Notes: a model not told the origin generated them from the letters alone. Shown: positions 1 to 11,891, counted from the stretch's first letter. The stretch: DNA of 32,000 nucleotides from Candidatus Saccharimonadota bacterium (GCA_002688505.1 CP024013.1:90001-122000); one strand, 5' to 3'. A program made the numbers and translations.

Positions 1-880
<880 letters not shown>

Positions 881-1144
881 AAAAAACTATACTTTAAATA
901 TCTAAAACTTTAAATATATGTAAAATTTTGTAATATAACTACAAAAATTTTTATTTTAAAGAACAAATTAATTATTATAATAATTAATTATTAATACAAT
1001 TAATAAATATAACAATAAAATAAAAATAAAACAAGATATTTTTTTAAAATTTATACAAAATATATAAATATTTCATTATTTAAAATAGTATAAAAATTAT
1101 ATACATTATTAAATAATTAATATACAAAAATAATATAAAACATT

Positions 1145-1591
1145 TTAATTTAAAGACTTTATTTTAATCAAAAAATTAAAATAATCTTTTTTATATAAAG
1201 ATATATTTATTATATAATTACCTAAATATTTTATAGGACCTTTAGGTAAAATAATACATTTTTTAGAAATTTTAATATTTAATTTATCTAAAAATATATT
1301 TTTAATATCTATATTTTTAATAGAACAAAATAATTTATTATTTTTATCAGATCTCAATTTAATATTTAAAGGAGATAAACTAATAATTTTTCTTTTTAAT
1401 TTATCTAATTTAAATAATTTAAAATCTAAAAATTTACTTTTATTAGAAAATTTATTAATATTTTTATAAGTAGCATATACAGCCTTATTATAAGGTATTA
1501 AATAATTTCTAGCATAACCAGGATTAACTTTTAAAATATTACCTATATTAGAAATACTTTTATCTAAAATTATTACCTTTACTTTAACCAT
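1145..1591 (-). CDS. rplI: 50S ribosomal protein L9
   Basis: 148-aa ORF. The N-terminus MVKVKVIILDKSISNIGNILKVNPGYARNYLIPYNKAVYAT is the L9 signature. It sits last in an rpsF-rpsR-rplI operon. AGGA-like SD upstream; TAA stop. Confidence 0.93.
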   Translation of the reverse strand: MVKVKVIILDKSISNIGNILKVNPGYARNYLIPYNKAVYATYKNINKFSNKSKFLDFKLFKLDKLKRKIISLSPLNIKLRSDKNNKLFCSIKNIDIKNIFLDKLNIKISKKCIILPKGPIKYLGNYIINISLYKKDYFNFLIKIKSLN

Positions 1592-1609
1592 TTACATATC
1601 CTAACAATA

Positions 1610-1834
1610 TTATTTATTTAAATCAGTATATGGTAATAAAGCTAAATATCTAGCAATTTTAATAGCTATAGCTAATTTTCTCTGATATTTAGCAGAAGTA
1701 CCAGTTACTCTTCTAGGAATAATTTTATAACATTCTGTTATATATAATTTTAATAATTCTATATTTTTATAATCTATAATTTTTATTTTTTTATTAGAAA
1801 AATAACAATATTTTTTTTTATTATAATTAAACAT
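1610..1834 (-). CDS. rpsR: 30S ribosomal protein S18
   Basis: 74-aa ORF with [50 protein letters not shown] (S18 core). GAGGA SD 8-9 nt upstream. Confidence 0.95.
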   Translation of the reverse strand: MFNYNKKKYCYFSNKKIKIIDYKNIELLKLYITECYKIIPRRVTGTSAKYQRKLAIAIKIARYLALLPYTDLNK

Positions 1835-1854
1835 AATAAATCCTCATAAAAACT

Positions 1855-2199
1855 TTATTTATTAAATAAATTTAAATTACTTATTTTTTTATTCATTATA
1901 GAAGAATTATATTCAGCAAAATTTTTTCTTAAAATAATAAATCTTAATATACTATCATTAAATCTAAAATTACTTTCTATATTTTTAATATATAATTTAT
2001 TTATTTCTATATTCATTAATATATAATGAGCTTTATACATATTATTAATAGAATAAGATAAATATTTTAAACCCCAATCTTCTAATCTATGTACTTTACC
2101 ATTTTTATTATTAACAAAATTAATATAATAATTAATAATATTTTTAATATACATTGTTTTATCAGGATAAACTAAATAAACTATTTCATAATGATTCAT
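1855..2199 (-). CDS. rpsF: 30S ribosomal protein S6
   Basis: 114-aa ORF starting MNHYEIVYLVYPD (S6 N-terminus) with a GGAG SD upstream. It lies directly upstream of rpsR, and there is no room for priB in the 20-nt gap. Confidence 0.9.
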   Translation of the reverse strand: MNHYEIVYLVYPDKTMYIKNIINYYINFVNNKNGKVHRLEDWGLKYLSYSINNMYKAHYILMNIEINKLYIKNIESNFRFNDSILRFIILRKNFAEYNSSIMNKKISNLNLFNK

Positions 2200-2287
2200 A
2201 ATAACTCCAAATAATATTAATTTATTTTAATTATATAAAATATTTAAATAAAAAAAACTATATAATATATTAAATTTAAAATTAATA

Positions 2288-4696
2288 TTATTTTAAAAAA
2301 TTTAATGTTTTAAAAATATTAAAAGATTTTTTAACTATACATTTAGGTATTCCACACTTATAAGCTATTAAAAAACTACAACTATTATTACAAATACCTT
2401 TTTTAATTTTATATAAAAAAATAATATTATTATTTTTTTTTATAAAATCAAAATAAATACTTCTAATATTATTATACAATTTACCTATCTTAGGCAATTC
2501 AAAAAAATGAGTAGAAAATAAAGTTATACTTTTAATATTTCTAGATATATAATCTAAACATGATCAAGCTAAAGAAATACCTTCATAAAATGAAGTACCT
2601 CTTCCCATTTCATCTATTAATAATAAACTATTTTTAGTAGCATTATTAATTATATAAGAAATTTCAGACATTTCTATCATAAAAGTAGATTTATTAGAAG
2701 ATATATCATCTGAAAAACCTATTCTAGTTAAAATCTTATCAATAAAACCTATATAAGCTTTACTAGCAGGTACATAACAACCAATATAAGACATTATACA
2801 AATAATAGCAATTTGTCTCATATAAGTACTCTTTCCACCCATATTAGGACCTGTTATTAATAAAGTTCTTACATTTTTATCTATTAATATATTATTTGTA
2901 ATAAATTCAAATTTTTCAATATAATCAAATATAGGATGACGACAATTTCGAATATCTAAAAAAGAACAATTACTAAATAATTTAGGTTTCTTAAAATTTA
3001 AACAAACTGATCTTTCAACAAAACTAGATAAAACATCTAATTTAGAAATACAATTAGATATTAATTTTAAATTATTAATATATAAAATAATATAATTTAA
3101 TATTTTATTAAAAATTTCATTTTCTAATAATTTTATTTTTTTATTAATATAAATTATTTTAATTTCCAATTTTTTCAAATCTTTAAATATATATCTTTTA
3201 TAATATTTAAAAGATTGAAATTTTATATAATATTTAGGAACTAATTTCCAATCTAATTTACTAATTTGAATATAATAACCATGTACTTTATTAAATTTTA
3301 TAGATAAACTATTTATTTTAGTATTCCTCTTTTCTTTTTCTTCAATATTACTAATATAAACTTCTTTATTTTCATTAAAATATTTTAATTTATCTAAATA
3401 TTTATTATAACCTTTTAATATTAAATTATTAGAATCTAATTTTGGATTTACAATAGAAGTCTTAATTAAAATAATAATTTTTTTTAATAATTTTTTATTA
3501 ACAAATAAATATTTAAATACTTTAAATCTTAAAAATTTACTATTTTTAAATAATTTTAATATACTAATTATTAAATATAAATAAATTCTTAAATTTATTA
3601 AATCTTTAGAAGATACATTAAATAAAATTATTCTACCTAAAATACGTTCTAAGTCACCAACTTTATTTAAAATTTTTCTTAAATCTTCATTATAAAATCA
3701 TATAAAATTAATTATAGAATGACGATTTTTTATTATATTTAAATCTAAAACTGGTCTAATTAACCATCTTTTTAATAAACGACTACCCATAGGAGTAACA
3801 GTAGAATCTAAAATATTTAATAAAGTAAATTTTTTACTATTTAAAGAATCTATTAATTCTAAATTTTTAATAGTAGAAAAATCCATAAATAAATATTTAG
3901 AATCAGAAATTAATTTAATATTACTAATATGTACTAAATTTATAAATTGAGTAAATTTTATATAATTTAATAAACAACCAGCAGATATAATAATTAATTT
4001 TTTATTACTTATACCAAAACAATCTAAATTAGATAATTTAAAATGATTCAATAAAACTTTTAAACATAAACTATAATTAAAATATTTAAAAGAAATAGAA
4101 TTAAAATAATTAAATTCATTAAATAAAGAAGAAAAATCAAAATTATCTTTAGAATAAATTATTTCAGAAGGATTATTTTTAAATAATTCTGTTTTAAGTT
4201 CATCAAGACTTTTAATTTCTAAAACATAAAATTTACCACTAAAAATATCTATTAAAGAAAAACCAAAATTATTATTTATACCTTTAAAAATACAAGATAT
4301 ATAATTATCTTTTTTCTTATTTAGGTAAAAACTCTCAGAGATTGTACCTGGAGTAACTATTTTAATAACTTTTCTAAGTTTAATTTTTTTATTATTATTA
4401 TAATAAACATTATTATCATCTATTTGATTACATATAGCTATAGATTCACCTAATCTAACTAATTTTAAAACATATTTTTTATAAGAACATATAGGTATAC
4501 CAGCCATAGGTACATTTTTATGTTTAACAAATTTTTTTTCAGTTAAATTTAAATTTAATAAATTTGATATTTTAATTGCATCATCATAAAATAATTCATA
4601 AAAATCTCCTATTTGATAAAATAATAAAATATTCTTATATTTTTTTTTAATATTTAAATATTGTTCAATAATAGGACTTAATTTTTTTTTATCCAT
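2288..4696 (-). CDS. mutS: DNA mismatch repair protein MutS (802 aa when TGA=Trp)
   Basis: Three track ORFs (3698-4696, 2564-3178, 2288-2497) share one frame. They are separated only by in-frame TGA at 3698-3700 and 2564-2566. I checked every codon of 3179-3697 and 2498-2563 and found no TAA or TAG. Motifs present: GDFYELF (mismatch-binding domain I), VGDLERILGRI, Walker A GPNMGGKSTYMRQ, Walker B LLLIDEMGRGTS and FSTHFFEL. Confidence 0.93.
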
Positions 4697-4702
4697 ATTA
4701 AA

Positions 4703-5098
4703 TTAACGTTTAGAATATTGATGTTTACTACGAGATTTAATTAATCCATATTTTTTCCTTTCTACCTTTCTGGAATCTCTAGTTATAAACCCCCAATTTC
4801 TTAATATATTTTTTAAATTATTATTATATTTTAATAAAATTCTACTTATTCCATGTCTAATAGCAATAGATTGACTAGATATTCCACCACCTTTAACAGT
4901 TATATAATAATTAAAATTATTTATATATTTATTATCCTTAACAATTAAAAAAGGTTTCATAATTATTAATCTATGTTTATTTAAAAAAAAATATTTATTA
5001 AATAATAATTTATTTATTTTAATTATTCCTTCTCCTTTTTTCATAAATATTCTTGCAGAAGAAGTTTTTCTACGACCTGTACTATATAAATTTTTCAT
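4703..5098 (-). CDS. rpsI: 30S ribosomal protein S9
   Basis: 131-aa ORF with GRRKTSSARIF, GGGISSQSIAIRHGISRIL and a C-terminal RKKYGLIKSRSKHQYSKR. It lies downstream of rplM, as in the rplM-rpsI operon. Confidence 0.95.
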   Translation of the reverse strand: MKNLYSTGRRKTSSARIFMKKGEGIIKINKLLFNKYFFLNKHRLIIMKPFLIVKDNKYINNFNYYITVKGGGISSQSIAIRHGISRILLKYNNNLKNILRNWGFITRDSRKVERKKYGLIKSRSKHQYSKR

Positions 5099-5105
5099 AT
5101 TAAAT

Positions 5106-5525
5106 TTAATTAATTAAAATTAATTTTTTAGAATTATGTTTATGAATATTTTTAGTATAAATTTTTAATCTCTTTAACATTAATCTACCTAAAAAATTTT
5201 TCGGTAACATACCTTTAACACAATGTCTTATAATTCTTTCAGGAAATTTTTCAAAAATATTTTTAAAAGATTTACATTTTAATCCACCTATATAACCACT
5301 ATGATGATAATATAATTTATTGCTAAATTTATTACCAGTTAATTTTATTTTAGAGATATTTATAACTACAACATAACTTCCATTAATAATATTAGATTTA
5401 AAACTATAATTATTTTTTCCCATTAATAAATATACTATTTTAGTACATAATCTACCTAATATTTTATCTTTAGCATTAATTAAATATCATAAACTATTCT
5501 TTTTAATACTTTTAATATATAACAT
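5106..5525 (-). CDS. rplM: 50S ribosomal protein L13 (139 aa when TGA=Trp)
   Basis: The track ORF 5106-5423 extends upstream through in-frame TGA 5487-5489 to ATG 5523-5525. The next in-frame stop upstream is the TAA at 5544-5546. The extension reads MLYIKSIKKNSLWYLINAKDKILGRLCTKI and matches the L13 N-terminus (..W-Y-hhh-D-A-x-x-x-x-LGRL). The rest contains LYYHHSGYIGGLK. Confidence 0.92.
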
Positions 5526-5543
5526 ATATAAACCTTTATAAAA

Positions 5544-6989
5544 TTAATTTAAACCACCAACTGTTATACGATCAATTTTTAATGTTGGTTGTCCAACACT
5601 TACAGGTATATTTTGATTATCTTTACCACATATACCCATACCACTATCAAAACTTAAATCATTAGCTATCATACTAATTTTATTAATAATATCAATTGAA
5701 GATCCTATTAAAGTTGAACTTTTTATAGAATTTAATATTTTACCTTTCTTTATTAAATAACCTTCTAATATAGTAAAAACAAAATTACCAGAAGTTATAT
5801 CTACTTGACCACCTGACAAATTAACAATATATAAACCATAATCAACACTATTAATAATATCATCAACACAATATTTTCCAGGTAATAAATATGTATTACT
5901 CATTCTAGGAATAGGTAAACATGAATAAGATTCCCTTCTACCACAACCATTAGATATCATATTCATTAATCTAGCATTTAACTTATCCAATAAATAAGAC
6001 TTTAATATACCATTTTTAATTAAAATTCTTTTTTGAGCTAATACACCTTCATCATCAATACTAGAAGAACCCCTTTTTTGATATAAAGTATTATCATCTA
6101 TAATATTAAAATTATTAGGAGCAACTTTTTTATTAATATATTTATAAAATAAAGAAGTATTTTTTCTATTAAAATCACCTTCTAATCCATGGCCAATAGC
6201 TTCATGTAATAATATACCAGGAGAACCATTTGATAAAACAACAGGCATTTCACCAGCAGGTGTATTAGAAGCATATAAATTATTAATAGCTATTCTAACA
6301 GCTTCATCAGCCCAATGATAAATAATAGGAATATTATTATATTTTAATAATAAAAGTTTATTAAAAGAATAACATCCACCTCCTCCACTAATACCTATTT
6401 CCCTACAAGTTTTGTTTTGTACTTGAACTTTTATTGATAAATTTAATAATTTTCTAATATCTCTAGCTAATATAAAATCTGTATTAGATAATAAAATTAA
6501 ATCATATTTAATAAATAAACTTATTGAAATATAATTAATTCTAGAATCTAGTTTTTTTATATAATTATATAAATCAAATAAAATATTTATTTTCTTTTTA
6601 TTATAAATAAAATTTATATTTGATATATTACTAATAATCTTATTTTTTAATAAAATTAATTTTTTTTTATTAACAAAAATATTTTTCTTATAAAAATTAT
6701 TAAATTTTTTAATTAAATTAAACAAAGAATTCTTACTAATTTTATTAGTATAAGAAAAAAAAGTTTTATCAAATTTATTTAATCTTAAACTTACACCTTT
6801 TATACAATTTAAAAAATTATCTTTTAATTTATTATTTTCTATACATAATAATTCACTACAAGAATCTTGAAAATAAATATCAGCATAATCAAAACCATAA
6901 TGTGAAATTTCATTAATTACATTTAATATATCTGATTTTAATATTTTATTTTCATTTAATATTTTATTATCAACTATATTTAAATTCAT
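5544..6989 (-). CDS. tldD: TldD-family metalloprotease
   Basis: 481-aa ORF, the same length as E. coli TldD. It has the HEAIGHGLEGDFNRK zinc motif and the C-terminal GMGICGKDNQNIPVSVGQPTLKIDRITVGG. Confidence 0.9.
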   Translation of the reverse strand: MNLNIVDNKILNENKILKSDILNVINEISHYGFDYADIYFQDSCSELLCIENNKLKDNFLNCIKGVSLRLNKFDKTFFSYTNKISKNSLFNLIKKFNNFYKKNIFVNKKKLILLKNKIISNISNINFIYNKKKINILFDLYNYIKKLDSRINYISISLFIKYDLILLSNTDFILARDIRKLLNLSIKVQVQNKTCREIGISGGGGCYSFNKLLLLKYNNIPIIYHWADEAVRIAINNLYASNTPAGEMPVVLSNGSPGILLHEAIGHGLEGDFNRKNTSLFYKYINKKVAPNNFNIIDDNTLYQKRGSSSIDDEGVLAQKRILIKNGILKSYLLDKLNARLMNMISNGCGRRESYSCLPIPRMSNTYLLPGKYCVDDIINSVDYGLYIVNLSGGQVDITSGNFVFTILEGYLIKKGKILNSIKSSTLIGSSIDIINKISMIANDLSFDSGMGICGKDNQNIPVSVGQPTLKIDRITVGGLN

Positions 6990-7238
6990 AAATAACCTAA
7001 TTTAAAAAAAATATTATATATAATATATTTAATAATTATAAAAATTAAAATAAAAATATATAATTATTTAAATAAAAATATATATTTAAAAATAAAATAT
7101 ATAAAATCATTATAATTTATTATTAAATATTTAATAAATAAAAATATTTAATTTATAAAAATATTTTTTAAAATATTTATATAAATAATTTTATATTAAA
7201 ACAAATTTATTATTTATACTTTAATAAATATAATTAAT

Positions 7239-7267
7239 TTGATAGTATTAAATAAATTTAATATAAT
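7239..7267 (+). promoter_or_regulatory. Candidate sigma70 promoter for rplU-rpmA-obg (TTGATA-N17-TATAAT)
   Basis: TTGATA at 7239-7244, a 17-nt spacer, then TATAAT at 7262-7267, ending 25 nt before the rplU ATG. TATAAT-like hexamers are frequent by chance in this composition, so support is weak. Confidence 0.3.
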
Positions 7268-7292
7268 ATAAATTATTTAAGTAAAATAAAAT

Positions 7293-7619
7293 ATGTATGC
7301 AATAATTGAATCTGGTGGTAAACAATTTAATATAAAAAAAAAAGAAAAAATTACAGTAGAAAAAATTAATAAAAAAATAGGAGAAAAAATTAAACTAAAA
7401 ATAATAATTTTATTTAAAAAAAATAATGAAATAATATTAGGAAAAAAATTAAAAAATTATCAAATTATAGCAAAAATTAAAAAACATATAAAAAATAAAA
7501 AAATAAAAGTAATAAAATTTAAAAGAAGAAAAAATTATTTAAGAATTAAAGGTCATAGACAACAATTAACTATATTAAAAATTAAATCAATTAAGAAAAT
7601 AAACAAAAATGGCACATAA
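7293..7619 (+). CDS. rplU: 50S ribosomal protein L21
   Basis: 108-aa ORF starting [25 protein letters not shown] (L21 N-terminus). It overlaps rpmA by 11 nt. Confidence 0.93.
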   Translation: MYAIIESGGKQFNIKKKEKITVEKINKKIGEKIKLKIIILFKKNNEIILGKKLKNYQIIAKIKKHIKNKKIKVIKFKRRKNYLRIKGHRQQLTILKIKSIKKINKNGT

Positions 7620-7860
7620 AAAAGCTGGTGGATCAACTAAAAATGGAAGAGATTCTCATTCTAAAAGATTAGGAATAAAATGTTATGGAAATCAATTAGT
7701 ATATCCAGGATATATAATACTAAAACAAAGAGGAACAAAATTCCATGCAGGAAAAAATGTTAAATGTGGAAAAGATTATACACTTTATGCAATAAAAAAA
7801 GGAAAAATAAAATTTGAAACCAAAGGTATTAAAAAACGTAAATTTGTAAGTATAATATAA
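7609..7860 (+). CDS. rpmA: 50S ribosomal protein L27
   Basis: 83-aa ORF reading [51 protein letters not shown], the canonical L27 sequence. Confidence 0.97.
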   Translation: MAHKKAGGSTKNGRDSHSKRLGIKCYGNQLVYPGYIILKQRGTKFHAGKNVKCGKDYTLYAIKKGKIKFETKGIKKRKFVSII

Positions 7861-7862
7861 AA

Positions 7863-8873
7863 GTGAATAATAATAATAATATATATAAAATTAAAATAAA
7901 ATTAATTTCAGGTAAAGGAGGAGATGGAATAATAAGTTTTTATAGAAATAAATACATTAATAAAGGTGGTCCAGATGGAGGTAATGGAGGTAAAGGAGCA
8001 AATATATATTTAGAAACTAATTCTAATATAGATTCATTTAATCATTTAAAAAATAAAAAAGTCATAAAATCAGAAAATGGTAAAAATGGAAAAAAAAATA
8101 ATTGTACTGGTAAAAATGGAAAAAATTTATACATTAAAATACCTATAAATACAAAAATAACTATATTAAAAAAAAAAAAAAAATATTTAATTAAAAAAAA
8201 CAATATTAAAATATTAATAACTAAAGGAGGAAAACCAGGTATAGGAAATAATAAATTTAAATCATCAATTAATAGAACACCATTACAATATACTAAAGGA
8301 AAAAAAGGAGAAAAATTAAATATAAAATTAGAAAAAATATTTTTTTATGATATAGGACTAATTGGATCACCAAATTGTGGAAAATCTAGTATTTTTAAAA
8401 AACTTACATCAATAAAAAAAATAAAAATTAAAAATTATCCATTCACAACATTAGATATACAAATAGGAATAATAAGAATAAAAAAAAAAAAATTAAGTAT
8501 AGTAGATACACCAGCAATAGTTAAAGGATCGCATAAAAAAAAAAATAAATTATCAATTAAATTTTTAAAATACATTAAAAATTGTAAACTTATATTACAT
8601 ATTTTAGAAATTAATAAAAAAATAAAATATATTTTTAAAAATATAGATATTATAAAAAAAGAAATATTTAAATATGATAAAAATATATATAAAATAAAAC
8701 AGTTTTTAATATTAAATAAAAAAGATTTAATAAATATAAAAATAATAAAAAATATAAAAAATATTTTTATAAAAAAAAAAATAAGAAATAAAATATTCTT
8801 TATATCAACAAAAAAAAATCTTGGAATAAATAAATTAAATAATAAAATATATAAATATTTTAATAATAATTAA
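7863..8873 (+). CDS. obg: GTPase Obg/CgtA
   Basis: 336-aa ORF with a GTG start 2 nt after the rpmA stop. It has the Obg fold motif GKGGDGIISFYRNKYINKGGPDGGNGGKGANIYL, G1 GSPNCGKSS and G4 NKKD. G3 reads DTPA instead of DxPG. Confidence 0.9.
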   Translation: MNNNNNIYKIKIKLISGKGGDGIISFYRNKYINKGGPDGGNGGKGANIYLETNSNIDSFNHLKNKKVIKSENGKNGKKNNCTGKNGKNLYIKIPINTKITILKKKKKYLIKKNNIKILITKGGKPGIGNNKFKSSINRTPLQYTKGKKGEKLNIKLEKIFFYDIGLIGSPNCGKSSIFKKLTSIKKIKIKNYPFTTLDIQIGIIRIKKKKLSIVDTPAIVKGSHKKKNKLSIKFLKYIKNCKLILHILEINKKIKYIFKNIDIIKKEIFKYDKNIYKIKQFLILNKKDLINIKIIKNIKNIFIKKKIRNKIFFISTKKNLGINKLNNKIYKYFNNN

Positions 8874-8927
8874 AAAAATTTTTATTTAAATTAATTAAAA
8901 TATAATCTTTTAATAAATGGAGTAAAT

Positions 8928-9398
8928 ATGAATAAAATACCTATGACAATAAAAGGAGAAAAAAAACTACGTAAAAAACTAGAAATTTTAAAAAATATAA
9001 AAAGACCACAAATAATATCACTAATAGCAGAAGCTAGAAAATTTGGAGATTTAAAAGAAAATTCAGAATATCATGCAGCTAAAGAAGAACAATTAATATG
9101 TGAAAAAAAAATTACAGAAATAGAAAATAAATTAATAAATGCTCAAATAATTGATATATCTAAAATAAATTCTAAAAATAAAATTAGATTTGGATCAAAA
9201 GTTAAAATAAAAAATTTAAAAAATAAAAATATATTTACTTATAGAATAGTAGGAGATGACGAAGCGAATATAAAAAAAAAATTGATATCAATAAATTCAC
9301 CTTTATCAAGAGAACTAATAGGTAAAAAAATTAATAATAAAATATTAGTAAAAACTATCAAAGGAAATATAAAATATAAAATTTTAAAAATAAAATAA
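8928..9398 (+). CDS. greA: Transcription elongation factor GreA
   Basis: 156-aa ORF with MTIKGEKKLRKKLEILKNIKRPQIISLIAEARKFGDLKENSEYHAAKEEQ (the GreA coiled-coil, including the acidic tip region). TGGAG SD 8 nt upstream. Confidence 0.93.
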   Translation: MNKIPMTIKGEKKLRKKLEILKNIKRPQIISLIAEARKFGDLKENSEYHAAKEEQLICEKKITEIENKLINAQIIDISKINSKNKIRFGSKVKIKNLKNKNIFTYRIVGDDEANIKKKLISINSPLSRELIGKKINNKILVKTIKGNIKYKILKIK

Positions 9399-9431
9399 TA
9401 TTATTAACTATATAAAATATTTCTGTTAAAA

Positions 9432-10045
9432 ATGAAAAAAAAAAATAATTTTTTTTTAAAAAAAAAAATAAATATAATAAATTATCAATAAAAAACAAAA
9501 CAATATCAAAATCATGATTTAAATTATTTGAAATAAATAAAAAAAATCATATTTTTAAAAAAAATCATAACATAATAAATTTAGGATCTAGTCCTGGAGG
9601 ATGAACAAAATTTTTAATAAATAAAATTAAAATTAAAGGAAAAATATTTTGTTGTGATATTTTAAATATTAAAAATAAATTCAATACAAAATTTATACAA
9701 GGTGATATTTGTAATAAAAAAATATTTAATTTAATTATTAAAAAAACTAAAAAATATAACATAAATAATATAATATCAGATATATCACCAAATATAACAG
9801 GAATTAAAGAAATAGATAATCCTAAAAATAACAAAATTATAAAAACTATACTAAAATTATGTAAAAAAAAATTAATAAAAGATGGAAATTTAATAATAAA
9901 AATATTTTTAGGTGAAAATTTTTCTAAATATTTCAAAATAATAAAAAAAATATTTAATAATATAAAAACACAAAAACCAAAATCATCTAATATATTTTCA
10001 AAAGAAATATATATAATAGCAAAAGGTTATAAAAAAATATTTTAA
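9432..10045 (+). CDS. rlmE: 23S rRNA (U2552-2'-O)-methyltransferase RlmE/FtsJ; the start region needs a -1 frame change or a non-ATG start
   Basis: The frame-2 reading from 9449 to the TAA at 10043-10045 gives ..NKYNKLSIKNKTISKS-W-FKLFEI..NLGSSPGG-W-TKF..QGDI..ISDISPNITG..IIKIFLGE..QKPKSSNIFSKEIYIIAKGY. The Trp residues are encoded by TGA at 9515-9517 and 9602-9604. This frame is closed upstream by TAA 9446-9448 and has no ATG, GTG or TTG. The only ATG (9432) is in frame 0, which ends at TAA 9489. The antisense track ORF 9565-9936 is spurious. Confidence 0.85.
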
Positions 10046-10076
10046 ATAATTTTAATAAAAATTAAATCTTAAAAAA

Positions 10077-11891
10077 ATGACAAAAAATTTAATATTTTGA
10101 TTAACTGCTACAATAATAATATTATTTATTTTTAATAATTATAATAATAATTATTATCATAATGAATTAAATTATTCCAACTTTTTATTAGATATTAAAA
10201 ACAATAAAATTAAAAAAATAAAAATAAATGGAAGAGAATTAAAAATAATAAAAAAAAATAATTATAAATATAAAACATATATGCCTATTAATGATATTAG
10301 TTTAATTAATAAATTAATTAAAAAAAATATTATAATAGAAAGTACTAATAAAAATAAACCTACTATATTTATATCAATATTAATATCTTGAACTCCAATT
10401 ATATTAACAATATTTATTTGAATTTTATTTATTAAACAAATAAAAAGTAGTAGTAAAAATTCATTATTCTTTAATAAAAAAAAAACAAAAATTTTTAACA
10501 AAAATATTAATATAACTTTTAAAGATATAGCAGGATGTAATGAAGCTAAAGAAGAAGTTAAAGAATTAGTAGAATATTTAAAAAAACCAAAAAAATTTCA
10601 AAAATTAGGTGGAAAAATACCTAAAGGTATATTAATGATAGGACCACCTGGAACAGGTAAAACTTTATTAGCAAAAGCTATAGCTGGAGAATCTAAAGTA
10701 CCTTTTTATAATATATGTGGATCAGATTTTGTAGAAATGTTTGTAGGAGTAGGAGCTTCTAGAGTTAGAAATATGTTCGAAGAAGCAAAAAAAACATCAC
10801 CATGCATAATATTTATAGATGAAATAGATGCTGTAGGTAGAAAAAGAAGTATAAGTATAAGTGGAGGTAATGATGAAAGAGAACAAACATTAAATCAAAT
10901 GTTAGTAGAAATGGATGGATTTAATAATAACCAAGGAATAATTATAATAGCTGCAACAAATAGACCAGATGTTTTAGATCCAGCTTTATTAAGACCAGGA
11001 AGATTTGACAGAAAAATTATAATAGACTTACCTGATTTAATAGAAAGAAAACAAATAATTAAAATACATATTAAAAAAATACCTTTAAATAAAGATATAA
11101 ATATAAATACTATAGCAAAAAGTACACCAGGATTTTCAGGAGCAGATTTAGCAAATTTAATAAATGAATCAGCATTATTAGCTGCAAAAAATAATCTTAA
11201 TAATATTTCAATGAGAGAAATAGAAACATCAAAAGATAAAATTATATTAGGATCAATTAGAAAATCATTAATAATAACAAATTTACAAAAAGAATCTACA
11301 GCTTATCATGAAGCAGGACATACAATTATAGGAAATATTGTACCTGAACATGACCCTGTACATAAAGTAACTATAATTCCTAGAGGTAAATCATTAGGAG
11401 TAACATTATTTTTACCAGAAAATGACAATTTATTTATAAGTAAAAAACAATTAGAAAGTAAAATATCAACTTTATATGGAGGAAGAGTAGCTGAAGAAAT
11501 AATATATGGAAAAGAAAATATATCAACAGGAAGTAGTAATGATATTAAAATAGCAACATCTATAGCTAGAAATATGGTAATAAAATGAGGTTTCTCAGAT
11601 AAACTTGGACCATTATTATATGAACAAAATGAAGAAAACCTAATACAAAACCAAATATATAACAAACATTATTTTATATCCGAATATATATATAAAATTA
11701 TTGATAAAGAAATAAAAAAAATAATAAAAAAAAATTATAAAAGAGCAAAATATATTTTAATTAAAAATATAAATATATTACATATAATGAAAAATGAATT
11801 AATTAAACATGAAACTTTAAATTATAAAGATATTATAAAAATAATGTGTATAAATAATAATAATAAAAATAAATTAATAAAAAAAAATTAA
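10077..11891 (+). CDS. ftsH: ATP-dependent zinc metalloprotease FtsH (604 aa when TGA=Trp)
   Basis: ATG at 10077. In-frame TGA codons fall in the N-terminal and TM region (10098-10100 and two more) and at 11586-11588 ([14 protein letters not shown], matching the enterobacterial WGFSEKLGPLLY). It has Walker [18 protein letters not shown], Walker [10 protein letters not shown], the SRH region and the zinc motif HEAGH. TAA at 11889-11891. Confidence 0.96.

Noticed and set aside
2495-3178. TTG 'starts' of track ORFs at 2497 and 3178, which would suggest separate small genes
   Set aside because: They are artefacts of restarting after in-frame TGA codons under the standard code. The flanking codons are continuous MutS sequence.
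9565-9936. 123-aa ORF on the minus strand (track entry)
   Set aside because: It lies antisense to the well-supported rlmE frame. Its product is a low-complexity F/L/I-rich string, which is what the complement of a Lys/Asn-rich A-rich CDS gives. It resembles no family I recognise.
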